Source of the DNA: Takakia lepidozioides
Lineage: Eukaryota; Plantae; Bryophyta
Assembly (NCBI GenBank): GCA_030704615.1
Contig: CM060734.1
Coordinates: forward strand, 7,750,001-7,814,000
DNA: 64,000 nucleotides
Direction: 5' to 3'
Of the stretch, positions 35,397 through 48,900 are shown one piece after another. The position numbers and the translations under genes are program-made. Below the pieces are notes generated by a model. It worked only from the letters and a program-made list of their open reading frames with translations, was not told the DNA's origin and searched no databases. Position 1 is the first letter of the stretch, and every line of letters begins with the position of its first letter.

Positions 35397-37709
35397 ATGT
35401 CTACTTCCAAAGCTGGAGGAATTCAAAAGCGAACAGGTAGCATACAAAAACAACCCCGGTCCAAAACCAGTATAACCACCCGCAGTCGAAAGTCCAGCGA
35501 CCATCCACCCTCCACCATCAAACCCATCATGGCGACCCATCAATCTGAAGGCGATGAGGATATGGAGCAGCTCCCTGAAGGTGCGACTGACGTCAGCGAC
35601 ATGCACTCATCCGACGCACTCTTCTTCGCGGCAGAGCGAGCTTACCAGACCAGCTCTACGCAGAGCCCGGCAAAGCCAGCTAACCAAATTGCAAATGGCA
35701 ACGCGATTGCTACACCCCTACCAACGGCCAGCACCCCCAAGCACCAACGGACTCCTCCGCCTACAACGCTCACATCGCCGGTGGACCTACTGATTCTCAA
35801 TCTAAGGACAAAGCGCCCTCCCGATGCACTCAATAGGGAAGCAGACATCAGCCACTCAGACCCCAAGAAATCCAAGGGCCAACACGCACAAGACCAACTC
35901 CAAGGCATGGACACATCAAGCCCACCCACCCACCCCCAATTCTGGGTGGGATACCAAGCACTCAAATACCAGGCAATGGAATCGCAACTCCCCACCATTG
36001 TCGAAGAACGGTCAGGCTTTGAACTCCAGAGTTTAGGCCTCAGCTTGCCCGAAATCGAAGAACTACAACATTGCCCGAAGGCTTACCCACACGTCCCGCA
36101 GCTATTCTTCCCAATAGTGAGGCCAGACGGACGTGACGGCCAATTCTACCCCCTTACACAGCTCCCAAAAGGTACTGCCATCGACCTTGTGTCTGGCCTT
36201 CCGGAGGCCCCCCCTCACATCCTCATCCGTTTTGATTCGGACATAGAGCCTGGTCCCTTGCGCAAGGAGCAAGCTCTCATGCGTGCCCGTAAAAGATTCG
36301 AGGTCATGAATATCCCGCTAGGGACCAGGCTGTACTCCCCAATCATAGCATTCTCCAAGCATGGCAGTTCAACGTGGAATGGCGTCATCAAAGTGGAGCT
36401 GCTCAACCCCGCCACTGATGGACTCGCCCTGTTGCAAGGTAATCGAGCATTCGTCCTCATTATGGCCTCCGGGATGCCTCTGCAAGGGAAAATCGAAAAG
36501 GCTCATGAACTGTCGGCAACACCAGACTACCTATCACTACACCTGGCGAGCGAGGTCCTTCTAGGTACGGTGGCCAACAAACTTACCATGCATCTAGCCA
36601 CTGAAACATACTCACAAGGAGACGAGTTCGAAATCTTGTACGTTGCCAAGACTGGACCCCACACCAAATTCTGCTTCATATATGTAGCCTCCTTGGACAC
36701 CAAGACACGGATGTTGGCTTACGGTGTGCGCATCAATCACATGCTCATCAAGCCTCAACTCCGAGTTAAACGGACCAGTATGATGGGCATTGCTGCAACC
36801 GCATAGGAAATGTCAGTTGAGAGAGATGCCCTCACATTGGTGGTTAAGAACCTCAACCCACTCCATTCACAAGCAACCACGGAAGACGCTGTCCGCCACA
36901 TGATGGGCAAAGACAACGTCGAGCAAATCCTTTTCAACAAAGTCGCCAAATCGGAGAAAACTCGACACAACGGTATGATCCTTATCATCTGCAAGAATCC
37001 CAGTGTCTACACCCAATGGTGTAACCGCCCACACGTTCTCATAATTGACAAGTACATCCGTTTTGAGCCACACACACGGAGCTTGAACGGATCCGAGCCA
37101 CCTGCTGCCGAAATTCTGGAGCGTCTATGGGTGGCCAATATCAACCAAGCATTGGCGGACACTATCAACTCTATCAATATCAAGCCTGACACAAAACTCC
37201 GAAACGGCCATGAATCCATGATGACAGAGATTGACAGAAAACTCGCCGCCCACGCCTTTTAAGTCAAAACCGACATCAAGGAAGACCTTGCTGCCATGGA
37301 ATCCAGAGTTGCCATCACAATGACAGCCCAACAGGAAACGCACCGAGCTTACCTGGTAACACTTCAAGACTCCATCACCAAGAACATGGTGGCCAATTTG
37401 GCCAGTTTCTATGACCACGCAAACAAGTATCTGGAGCAGCTACCTCTACCACCGGGTTTCTCCAGTCCGCAAGGAGGGAACAACATCCCCAGCCACATAA
37501 CGACTACCAAAGCTCCCGGGGCAGCGAGCATCATTGAGTTACCACCAATTCCCCCCCCCCCCGCCATGACTCGATGGGCGCACTCAAAGGCATGTCCCCG
37601 GCCCTGCTGCTTACGGCACCACCACAACACCCCCCACAACCCAACCACCCGCCCAGCACCCTTCCCGCCACGAATGTCTAAACCGGAAGAAGATGCACGC
37701 AGCACCTGA
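35397..37709 (+). pseudogene. ORF1/N-terminal region of LINE family B; one reading frame broken by two stops
   Basis: ORFs 35397-36806, 36810-37262 and 37296-37709 share a frame and are separated by a single TAG and a single TAA. They include an RRM-like stretch (LVVKNLNP) and lie upstream of an APE-RT region with the same C/A-rich strand bias. Confidence 0.65.
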
Positions 37710-38364
37710 TCAAGTCCCTGCAACCAGGCCCCCCACGGGTCAGGCTCTATCATTCGGCATGTGATCGTTCTACTTTGTTTGTGGATTCTATCCCAAACCA
37801 ATTTTGAATTCTCCCTACCTCTTCAGCAATACAATGAATCCACTGCGACTAGCAGCTCACCCTTTATGCCCCACTCCATCACCTCCACACTACCTTACCA
37901 CACCACGTTACGAAACACCACCATCAATCGTCATGCTCATTACAACAGTCAAGCCCGTCTTGATACACTATCGCGGACCCTGCCAGAGCACTTGCGTGCC
38001 TCATGTGCCTTACCCCCTCCATACTCGTAAGGCCCCACATAATCGTCCATTTGTACCCCGCCTGCCCCACCCAACCAATGCCACCCACGTCAACATACCC
38101 CAACCTGGACACGTCCCCCTCTCAAATCAAATCAAATCTTCCCCCCATCATCCCCCTGTCATCCATAACCGACACCCCATCCACACGTCCGTGCATACAT
38201 CCATCCAACCCCCAATCCATAGCCACCTTATTCCCTACAACCGCGGCTCCTCCCAAACGCCCCTGCACAACGTCATCCAGGAGCAAACCCCCCTCCAAAG
38301 ATTTCATCCACACAGCCTACTGAAATGCGGACCTCATCCAACTCCCACACCCACCCCCAGAATA

Positions 38365-38826
38365 AGGCGGACGAAAAAAAAAAAAAAAAAATTTCCTCTC
38401 CTACTTTGTTCGCGAAGCGAATCGGCAAGAGAAAAAAAGCAACTCCCTGGCTGCCTTTATTTGCTTGACGAGGACGGTGAAAGGTGGGGGGCTGGGCCCT
38501 TTTTAAACGTAGTTGCTTGGAGGAGACCTGAGGGCGCAGCTTTGGATTGACTCTTGAGGGAGCTCCACCTACCAACGTAACCAATATACCCCTTGGGAAT
38601 GGAAGACGATATGGCATAACGCCAACTCCGAACATGACCGATGTTCCGTTTCGTCTATGCAAGCCCAGCCCTGGGGGGTCCCGGTCCGATCGCAACCCCG
38701 GTACCCGAAATAGTGGGATGGGGCAACTACTTCAAATACTCCGAATGCAGCAATGTATTCCGGAGACTAGACCATGACATCTTTCAAAAGATCCGAGCAT
38801 GGGTGTACCGACGGCACCCAACATGG
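38365..38826 (+). other. Organelle-like insert containing a group II intron maturase (domain X) fragment
   Basis: 38701-38825 reads VPEIVGWGNYFKYSECSNVFRRLDHDIFQKIRAWVYRRHPTW, the I.GW.NYF..F..LD..I...W..RRHP signature. Composition shifts abruptly relative to the flanking C/A-rich LINE. Confidence 0.75.
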
Positions 38827-39199
38827 CCTACATTATCATCCTCGCCCGAATTACCTATACCCCTGGATACCCTCTAACCTATCATCACACCCCGCCCACA
38901 GCCGACCCTGGCCTCACATCCACACAGGCCAGACGTACTATAGAACTAACTATGCATATGCTCTACTCCTCCACCCTCCCCCACACTACATTGCCACTAG
39001 TTCCACTATAACCCAAGACACTGCCTAGCAAGTCATATCCAAACATAATACACCACCTATGAACCACCCCACCGCCCATAAATACATAAACCTGTCCCCC
39101 ACAACCTCCCTCATAACACATTGTCCCCATGGCAGATATCGCCTGCAGCCGTTAGCATCCAAACACTCCCTCCCCCCACCAAATGAAACGCCCTACTCC

Positions 39200-41650
39200 C
39201 CCCAAATGACCTCTACCCAACATGCACACTCACTCTGCATCACCACCTGGAACGTGGGTTCCTTAGCCACAAGCATTCAAAGCCTCATCCACCTTCTATC
39301 CGAATCTGTTTCCCCACATGTCATCCTCCTACAAGAAACTAAACTCAACACTAACACCCTCAATAGTTCATACTTGAACAAACTCCTTCCAACATATTAT
39401 ATGCTATACGACAACCCCCTCACTGCTACACAATGTCTTTCTCGCCGATCCGCCCCGTATCACCCCCCCCAGGGGGTGTCGCTCTTGGCATCCTCCGCAC
39501 ACACCACTCCTCTAGCACCACCACCAAAACCAATATACCTATCCCCTTACGCTCACACCTCCAAATTATCCAAATAAATTTGTCTGCCATCCCCCCCATC
39601 ACGCTTATCCACCTATACATGCCCTCACACCCCGATGACCTACCGCTGATCCCCGACATCCTACAAACCATTTCTGACACCGTCACCCAGCCAACAATAC
39701 AACAGCACAATATTATATTAGTTGGCGACTTTAACAGAGATATAGCACTCCTTGGTCACACTCATAATGGCGTACACATATCCCCCTCCCCCACGGACCG
39801 TACATGGGCAACATTCATCCAGCAACACCAATTCCAATACATCTTTGCTGACTACCACTACTCCAGACAAGGCGGACTCAATTACTCTTCCCTTAGCCTC
39901 CTAGACGGATTCTACCTTAATTCTCACAACAGCGTACCCTAACACCTACGCAGCCATATTCACATCAACAGCATCTGTAACTCCGACCACTACCCAGTAT
40001 CACTCACCTTCCCACCGTCCCTCATACCCTTCCGACCCATCCCGTCTATTCACACCCCACCCCCCCCAATCCCGGATATTGTCCCCACTACCACAACGTA
40101 ACATCGATATCTTCCAACGCCTCTTCCATATAGCCGCCACAACCCACATACTACAATTATCTAAAATCCTCTCCCATGACAACATAACACTACTCCCCGA
40201 AGACACCTGGATACAAGCTGAGTGCACACTTACCAATATTATGAACATAATAACCACATGCGTTCTCACCTCATGTTGCGCCCCCCCCAGACGTGCCACA
40301 AACCCCCCGCTCTATACAAAATGGCGGCTATCTCACACGCACACAAAAATGTATATGGACTTCTCACCTCAACACCTACCACACAATCCGAGGGGCTCTT
40401 GCTACCATCCCCCAATCACTCACAACCCATCCTATTAACAACTGGAGATCCGACCCCCGCATTACCTGCCTTGCCACCCTCGCACCCTACCACACACTCC
40501 TACCCCCACCTATAGAACCCTCCGCCAAACCTAAATGGTGCGCAGCCCTATCCAAAATAGGTAGAGAAGCAAAGAAAGTTGCATACAACATTACCAAACA
40601 AAAAGCCACAGACAACCACAAAAAATTCGGTTCTTCCTTCAACCAACTACTGCATGATCACCCCAAAAAAGCACACAAAGTCATCTTCAACCCCTCACTT
40701 AACCCACCCATAGACTGCTTTTGCCATCGCCATGGCCATCTAATAACCGACCCCATGGCCATTAATCAAGAAATATGGGCCCAAGCCTCCTCATCCTACA
40801 CGCCCACCGTCTCAAACTGCCTACACCCAAACTTACACGCCCATACATGCATGTGTAAAATAAAACACTACCCATGGCATGACATAGATGGCTTCACACT
40901 AGAAAAACGAGGCTCTCCGATCGACCGCATTCTCGACTCCTTCACTATTGATATCTACGAAACATGTCTCAAAGCTCTATCCAAATCCAAAGCCCCAGGC
41001 CCTGACTTTATACCCAACGCCATCCTCCAATCACTCGACCCACACCTGCACCACCTCATCTTCACCTTCTTCCACCTATGCTATCAACTAAAACATATCC
41101 CGCACTCTTGGAAACACAGTCGCACCATACTGCTATTCAAAAAAGGTGACCCCACCGATCTCAATAATTATAGGCCCATTGCACTAGCCAATACCATATA
41201 CAAACTATTTACAAGTACACTAACTACAATGCTCTCTGCCTATGGGGAGCAACACCGCATCCTCAGTGACCCACAAGAAGGCTTCCGAGCCACAAAAAGC
41301 ACAACCAGGCAGATACAATACGTCATCTCCACATTAGAAGATGTCAAACTCACCAAACAAAACATCTACCTTCTCTACATAGACTTTAAAAATGCCTTTG
41401 GTTCCCTTGATCATGGCCGTCTCCTTGCCGTCGTGACTGACCTCGGCTACCCCACACACGCAATCTAGCTTATCGGCAATATCTACACAAATAGCACCAC
41501 GGAATATGCAGGAGCCTACTACGGCTCCACCCCCCCTATTCCAATTCTCCGCGGTACCATCCAAGGTGACACCCTCAGCCCCTACTTATTTATAATCTTC
41601 TTAGAACCCCTCCTTCGATGGCTTGCATGTGGGAATCTAGGATACCACTA
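39200..41650 (+). mobile_element. LINE family B APE endonuclease plus RT, frameshifted and 3'-truncated (Dualen/RandI-like or L1-like)
   Basis: TWNVGSL, LLQETKL, LVGDFNR, LLDGFY and SDHYPV (APE); KAPGPD, NYRPIALANTIYKLF, QEGFR, IDFKNAFGS and RGTIQGDTLSPYLFIIFLEPLLRWL (RT). Confidence 0.88.
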
Positions 41651-41743
41651 CAGACATGTACTGAAGCACCACTATGTTATTGCTTCATTCTTACTCAATT
41701 TCCGCGCATAGTATGAAATGCAGACAAGCAGTACGCCTACTAC

Positions 41744-41869
41744 TTAACCGGTCACGGACCTGTCACGCTGCAGAAGAGTATGGACTTCATCAGGTGATAG
41801 CGTGTCTTGGTGAATGTACTGGTCTCTTTTGGGGTCACAACACATCCTGCGCACAAAAATGTAGTACAA
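41744..41869 (-). pseudogene. C-terminal relic of a second SWIM-domain gene copy
   Basis: LYYIFVRRMCCDPKRDQYIHQDTLSPDEVHTLLQRD aligns with LYYIFLRMMYCDPKRDQIIHQATLGPGEVQTLLQRD of the 55669-56244 ORF. Confidence 0.85.
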
Positions 41870-44842
41870 AGGCCGCAACGACGTCTTTGAGATTCGCAAA
41901 CGGGTAGAGATCAAGGAGGAATGGGTTTACATGTTGGCTGGTCTTGCACACAATGTACAGCCTCTCATAAGTGCACGAAAGTGGTGGGCGTTTGATTCCG
42001 TTAGTACGTGGTGGCGATGTCTGCCAGACTGCCCTGTGGATTATACCTTTGAAGTTTCTGACAAGGAATCGGCAATTATAGGAACTCAGCTTTTGGTTTG
42101 CGGACAGTACTCTAGAGGTTACATGGTATGGAGGTATGATCTAGAAATCAATGAATAGTCTTCAGCGCCAAGAATGATTCAAGATCGATGTCTTTGTAAG
42201 TTAGCAAATGCAGGAAAATATGCTTATATTGCTGGAGGATCTCACCAGTAGACGACTCTTAGAACAACGCTACAACTCGCTACTTCAAGCATGGGAACCT
42301 CTCCCCGATCTCAACATAGCATGGGAAAGGGAGCTAATGGGAAAACAAGGATAAATGTGAACTGCTGGATATTGGTTGATCAAGGGTAGCGATCCCCACG
42401 TCCCAAACGGATGAATGACATGGATGAGGAGCAACATTCATGAGGATTTAAAACGGCTCATGTATCAACTCAAGTTGGTCATGTCCCTGGATGGATGAAA
42501 GTTATAGATGGATGAAAATTATGAGGAAGAATGAAAATGGATGAAATCAGCGGATGAAACCATGGATGGATGAAATTATGGGCTGGATTTCTGGACGGAT
42601 GACAATGGATGGAGGAAAAACACGTGGTTCGATCTGGTCCGTTCAGGTGGAGGGTGCAGATCTGAAGGATTTTTTTTTTAAATTATATCTTATATTAATG
42701 AACACTCTAGGGAAAATTAATTAAAAAGTTTAACTAGGTGTCGGTGCTTAAATGCACCAGTGCTGATTTATTATTATTTTTGAGAAAGGGATGAATGAAA
42801 GTCGTCAAAACAAGTGAAGGATGTAGGGCAACGGACTGGTATAAATCAGCCGGCGAAAGGGAGAACAGCAACAATCAAGTTCTTATTTCTCTCGCTCCCT
42901 CTCTTCCTCTTCGCTCTCTCCCTCTTCGTTTTAGTGTAGGCTAGATGTTGTAGTGAAGAAGAACGGTGTATAGTGAACCGGTTTTGATTAAATATTACAA
43001 CCGCAAGCCGTTGGGATCAAGGTGTCGTATTAGTGGACGTGAGTTGTGTGGTACGCCGAGACTTGCATGATTGAAGTAAAGAAGCTTGTTATTGTCTATA
43101 TTTCATTTGAGTATTCGTGTACATACCCTCTTATAATCTGATAGGTCGTCCGTACCATAGCAATCCAGATCAGTCCGTGAGCAGAATTCATCAAACCTGC
43201 ACCATCAGCGACATCAATTTGGGACTAGTGCTCGGGTGAGCACCGTGTAAAGAAAATCTACCTCGACTAGTTGATTATTTTGTATAAGATTACCCTCTAT
43301 ACCTATTTGGAGTTCTATAGAGAAAGACTTGAGTCTGAATTTCAGGTATCCTAGACAGTCCTAGATTTACGCCGAGCTAGGGGAAACGACCTTGGAAATC
43401 TAGCACTCCTAAGCTACCGCCAAATCGTTGTAAAGAAGTGTCTCGTTTTGGTTGGTTGTTTTCTTTTTCTTCTTTCTTCCCTGCTCTGTTCTCTTCTATC
43501 TTTTCCATGTAACGAGCCTGGGATAAGGCGGCTAGTCATCAGAATACCGCCCTATCGATTTTCAACTGGGAAGTCATACTAGGATGTGACTTGGTTGTTT
43601 TCTTTGTTGGCCCATCACATCCAGTCTTATTGCTTAAATTACTAACTTCAAGCTGAGACCTTAATTAGTGTTTGGATGATCTAGAAGAGGTGCTGATTGA
43701 ATCTCATAGAAGAAAGAATGTTAACGGGAATCTGATTCAAATTTAAGGAAAACAAGTAGTGAGTGCAGAATTATGAATTTTTGAACAGGGACAATCCATG
43801 ACTGCAAATAGTTTTGTTATTATTATGAGCAGCTACGATTTGAGTTAAAAACCTTTTTATGAACCTTGATTCACAAACTAATTCCAGAATCTTGTTGAGT
43901 AAAGCTTAGGTTAGAGCTTCTGCTTTACAGCAAATGAATTGAAGAATGTAGCAAGGACTTACGAATTTTTGAAAACATGGAATTCTAACTGCCAAGAGTG
44001 AGATTTGACTATTGTGTTTAAATAACTGAAAGAAACCTTTTTATAATGACATCTCTAGGCTAGTTTGATGGTTAGTCTGATTGTTTGGGCTTCTGAGGTT
44101 GGGGGTTCAACTCTTGCTGGCCGCAGCTTATTTAGTTTTGCTCATCTGTTCAGAACCTTTGTAATAGCCCTATAAGTACTTAGATAGACAAGTTAGTTTT
44201 GAATATAACTTGAGGGACTTATCGGTTAGAGATTTTGTTCGCACATGCGAGGTTGGGGTTTCAAATCCCAATAGTCACCGCCGCCACACTGCTTTCCTCT
44301 AGTTAGTTTTTATTCTCTTCTTTTATTTTGGTTATAGTAATATTGTTTGTTGGGCTGATCTTTTCCTTAGAATGATCTAATTAATCATATCTTCTTGACT
44401 CACCTAAGTTAATGTGTACTAGTAAAAACTAAATAAATCGGTATCTCTATCTTTTGAACATATACATAAAGTTATTCAAAAAGAAAAGAAATAATAAAGT
44501 CGGTTAATTGAAATTAATTTGTTGTTGTTTACTGAATAATTAATATTTACACTAGAATATCTCTCTTCTAAAATAACCATAACCCTTTATACTGAGAGTA
44601 ATTATACATTCGCATTACTTATTTCTGGACTATTGTTTTCGTAAATACGTCAATGAGTTAATACTAATTGTTGGTTACAAATTACAAACGCAAATACTTA
44701 TAATATAGAAAAATTATAATCCACACTAACAGCACCCTTGGGGCTAGGCGGCGCCTTCGGGACCTAACCTAGCTCTGTCTAACACGAACCCTAAATTAAG
44801 TATGCAACTGTTAATGGGGTGCATTAATGATTGACATATTTT

Positions 44843-44859
44843 TGGTGCGTCTGCCGGGA
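44843..44859 (+). promoter_or_regulatory. Putative tRNA-Asp-type primer binding site after an LTR-like end
   Basis: TTGACA-TATTTT-TGGTGCGTCTGCCGGGA resembles the Athila-type PBS TGGCGCCGTTGCCGGGGA. Confidence 0.45.
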
Positions 44860-44956
44860 GATAGACTAGTTGTTTTGAAAATCTTGTTTGTTGTTTTGAT
44901 GATAAACTGTTTTCCAAAGTATTCTCAACAAGTGAAAATGGCTGTGCAGAAGAAAA

Positions 44957-45739
44957 ATGGTAGCACACGATCGGTTCTTTGTATCATTTGAGATGAGAGT
45001 GCAGGGGCATTACCGTACCATCTCCTCATGTCATTTGGGGGAATGGGACCCCGAGGATCAGCGTGAAATCATTCATTGTTGTTTGAGTAAAATCCTCAAA
45101 ATCGCTGAGGAGTATCGAGGGGACTGGATCGCAGCAAATGTAGGCCCTCCCAGACCAGAGGCGTATACAGCACCAATCATTAATTCTTCCGCTTCTACAC
45201 TAGGTGGCCAGGCTGTTATGAGCCACCATTTCTGGGGTACTTCACCCTTGAGTAACCAACCAGTAGAAGTGCATCTGAAATGGCAGATAATATATCTGGA
45301 TGTTTGTCCCCTGTGTAGGATCATTGCGGATAACGGTCTGCAGCATACTACCTTCTATCTCAGGCATAGTGTGGATCAATTCGTAGCAGTGTCAACCAGT
45401 AGCGGTAGCACTACTCCTGTTGATAGGAAACACGATTGGGTTTGTTGGTTATTGGGATACAGTGTAGAGGATCTGTTACAGCCACCCTTGTCTCATCCTA
45501 TCGGGGACATACAACTGGTACCACCGCCAATGTTTTATGGCTGTGGGAAGGGCACGACAGCTGAATTAGTTTTCTTGTTCATTCAGTTACATTATATCAG
45601 TGTTACTGAGTTAGTACGCAATACTTGCATCCGAGGGACGCCAGCTGATCCGGGATTTATATGCCCCTGCGGAAGCCCCTGCTTCTTCCAGTTATGCCTT
45701 GAGCCCATGGAGTCCAGATATGGAGTTCTGGGGCATTGA
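44957..45739 (+). CDS. Unknown 260-aa ORF, probably a retrotransposon accessory ORF
   Basis: ATG-initiated open frame 100 bp downstream of the PBS-like site, with CPLC and CPCGSPC motifs. No family recognised. Confidence 0.35.
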   Translation: MVAHDRFFVSFEMRVQGHYRTISSCHLGEWDPEDQREIIHCCLSKILKIAEEYRGDWIAANVGPPRPEAYTAPIINSSASTLGGQAVMSHHFWGTSPLSNQPVEVHLKWQIIYLDVCPLCRIIADNGLQHTTFYLRHSVDQFVAVSTSSGSTTPVDRKHDWVCWLLGYSVEDLLQPPLSHPIGDIQLVPPPMFYGCGKGTTAELVFLFIQLHYISVTELVRNTCIRGTPADPGFICPCGSPCFFQLCLEPMESRYGVLGH

Positions 45740-45910
45740 CATTCCCAATGTTGTAGATGGGCTTGCCAATTCTGTGGATGAATGGCTTGATGGATTTCCT
45801 GACATATCAGGATCAGTCGAGGTGGTAGATGAAACCGAATAGATACATCTACTAAGGCTTGTTGATATCATAGTGTTTACATTTCCACAGATTGTATACA
45901 CCTTCTGCTG

Positions 45911-48900
45911 CTATACAACAGAATTTTGATATAATACGAATCGCGGATTATATGCAATGGGGTGATCATGGCCTTCTGTATCAGGTTGACACAAAGCACA
46001 TCCAACTGCAATTGCTGAAGCGTCAACATACACATGAAAAGGTCTGTCCCAGACTAGTGCTGCCAAAACTGGTACTGAGATCAGTTTTTGCTTTAGGTTC
46101 TCAAAAGCTTGTTGGCATCCTGTATCCCATGAGAAAACTTGATTTTTTCTGAGTAAGTGGGTTAGGGGAATGGCTTCTGAGGCGTAGTTTCCCATGAATC
46201 TTTTGTACCACCCTACGTGGCCTAAGAAACTCCTGACTTTTGACACTAAAAGTTGAGCAATAGCCTTGACCTTGGATGGGTCAGTAGCAATTCCATGTTT
46301 GGACACAATATGGCCTAACAAGAGTCCATGGGTAACAGTAAAGACACATTTCATTGGGATCAAGGAGATACCAGTCTCCCTGCATTTGAGAAAGCACTCT
46401 CGAAGTGCGGTGATGTGACTGTGGATTTCTCCATGGCAACAAAAATCATCTAAGAAGATAGCCATGTTCCTTCGAACAATATCGGAAAATGCATAGGTCA
46501 TCACCCTTTGAAAGGTCAGGGGTGCGGTGCATAGACCGAATGGCATGCGTGTGTAAGCAAAAGTGCCGCATGGAGAAGTGAAAGTCGTCTTCATTACATC
46601 TTTTGGATCAATAAACACTTGGTTGTATCCTGAAAACCCATCCATGAATATATTTCTTTCCCTGCCACTTCCTCTACTAAGGAGTCAAGAAAGGGCAACG
46701 GAAAATGATCTTTATGAGTGACATCATTGAGAGGACGAAAATCCACACAGACCCGCAAGCCTCCAGTTTTCTTTCTTACAATCACCCTTGGTGAAACCCA
46801 TTCTGAAGTTTCAACAGGGAAGATAAAACCAACAGCTAATAATTTCTCAATTTCCGTTTTGATTAGCAAAGCCAAATTTGGATTGACCCTTCTTTCCCGC
46901 TGTCTTCACGGTCGTGCCTGCGGAACTAAAGGAATTGCGTGCATTGCAATGTATGGAGGAATCCCTTTCAGTTCAGTATAGGACCATGCAAAAACATCAT
47001 GGAATTCTTTGAATAAAACCTGGTACTCTAGGACCTGCTCTGGAGTCAACTAAGCTCCTACCTTTACCATTCTGGGAGGTTCGTCTCCTACTGACATGTC
47101 TATTGTCTGAGTCTTAGGTTCAGAAATGAATTATGACTCTGTGATTTGATCTGCCAATGCAGGAGTATTCGTTCGCTGTAGGTAGGGAATGGACGGAGCA
47201 CTATGTCTCAACACGTCCTGTACTAATTCGTCTTCGTCAATGAGTCTGAGATCAAGGGTCTCATGGTTTTTATCCTGAGGGAGAGTGCTATTATCCATGC
47301 TAACTTGGTCAGAGTTGATTGTGAACAACTCTACCAAAATCCCTCTCTCTGAAAATGGTAGTTCCATACTTGTCATGGTCTTCCCTTCCACATGAATCAT
47401 ATTCACGATTTCTTCCCTACCATATAAGCACTAAAGACAATCGGAATCGGAATTACACTCATACAACCCTGGGCCTAATGACTTGACCACATCCCCCAAC
47501 AAGTCCCCTCATCAATCATCTTGGGTCTTTTAGGTACCCAAGGCGTAGTTATCACTCTGTTGATTTGCACTTCAGGTTCTTCTTCAGTATGAAGATCTTC
47601 CTCACTCAAATCTTCCAACTCCTCATCTGATCCTATTGCACCGAATTCATCTTCATCAGTTAAGACCTTGGGTACAGATGAGAGGAATGACACTGTCACA
47701 CTATTGGGTTTGACACCATAAGTGATGGTTCCCTTAGCCCAGTCTGTACATGCTTGAGCTTGAACCAACCATGGTCTGCCCAATAGTAATGCATACGAGT
47801 ATTCATCTGACGGACAATGACTTGGAAGTCCATTGTGTATGCAGAACCCCCGGATTGCATTTGAAGATTGGAAATTTGACCCACTGGCCTAATTCTGCGC
47901 TGATCTGCCAATCGGATAATCAATGGGGATTTACCAGTCATGTGTAAGCCTAGTTTCTCCATTGTGGAGAGTGGCATGATGTTCACCGAGCTTCCACCAT
48001 CTACCAAGCAATGTTGAATAAAACAGTCTACAATCTCCACCTCAATCTCTATTGGTCTAGGGTCTATTCTTGCATTGACATGATGCGATACTGGGAAATT
48101 CTCTCGTCTTTTCCTGACCAATGAAGCCTTCATGGTTTGTCTGACTGTAGGAGCAAGAGCAACAAGCTGAGCTACTGAAATGTTGGCCTGCACTTGGCAC
48201 AGGTCATGCATCAAGTTATAGGGCTCAAGCTCATTGGTAAATCTCATGGTGGTAGACTTCATTTTCAGAATTTGAGGACGTTTCGTTGTAGTGTTAGCTA
48301 TTTTGACTGCTGACACTTTCGGTCGCATCACTAGTGACGGCAACGGAGTGGACACCTTACCCGGAGAGTCACTCCCTTCAAATACCACAGATTTTCCCAT
48401 ACTGGCTTCATTCTCATTGTGAAGAGTAGTAGCAATCTTTGTCACATCATCCTTCACAACTTGAAAATCCATTGGTTCTTTGTCCGAAGATGAGGTAGGT
48501 GTAACCTTTGGAATTACCTCTTCCGGCGCTCATACCAACATCTCTTGTTGTTGGCGAGTCATCACCACACATGTGTTTTCCTCACGTTCCTCCTCTTTTG
48601 GCATGCTTGACAGTTCGGCGTGTATCCAATTCACATTAGGTTGCGATGGTAACATCTGCGTGACTGGACCAGAGGAAGTCCCTGCTTGTGGAAGAGGTTG
48701 TGTGGATGTCGATGCTTGGTTGGACCCTTGATTCCTCTCATCCTGAGATCGTCGCCATGGAAGTTGACTTTGCGTTTCCTGCATCACAGAATTTGTAAAT
48801 GACACCGTAGGTTGATGACTGAATTGAGATTGCTTTGGGGGATTGGAATTTGGATCTCTTTGTAATATTTGCGGAGCAAAGTACATCCCATGTTGGGGTG

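Noticed and set aside
44057-44275. Functional tRNA genes
   Set aside because: Only decayed A/B-box-like motifs; no cloverleaf could be built.
44957-45739. Integrase of the minus-strand gypsy element
   Set aside because: No HHCC or DDE motifs are readable on the minus strand; the open frame is on the plus strand.
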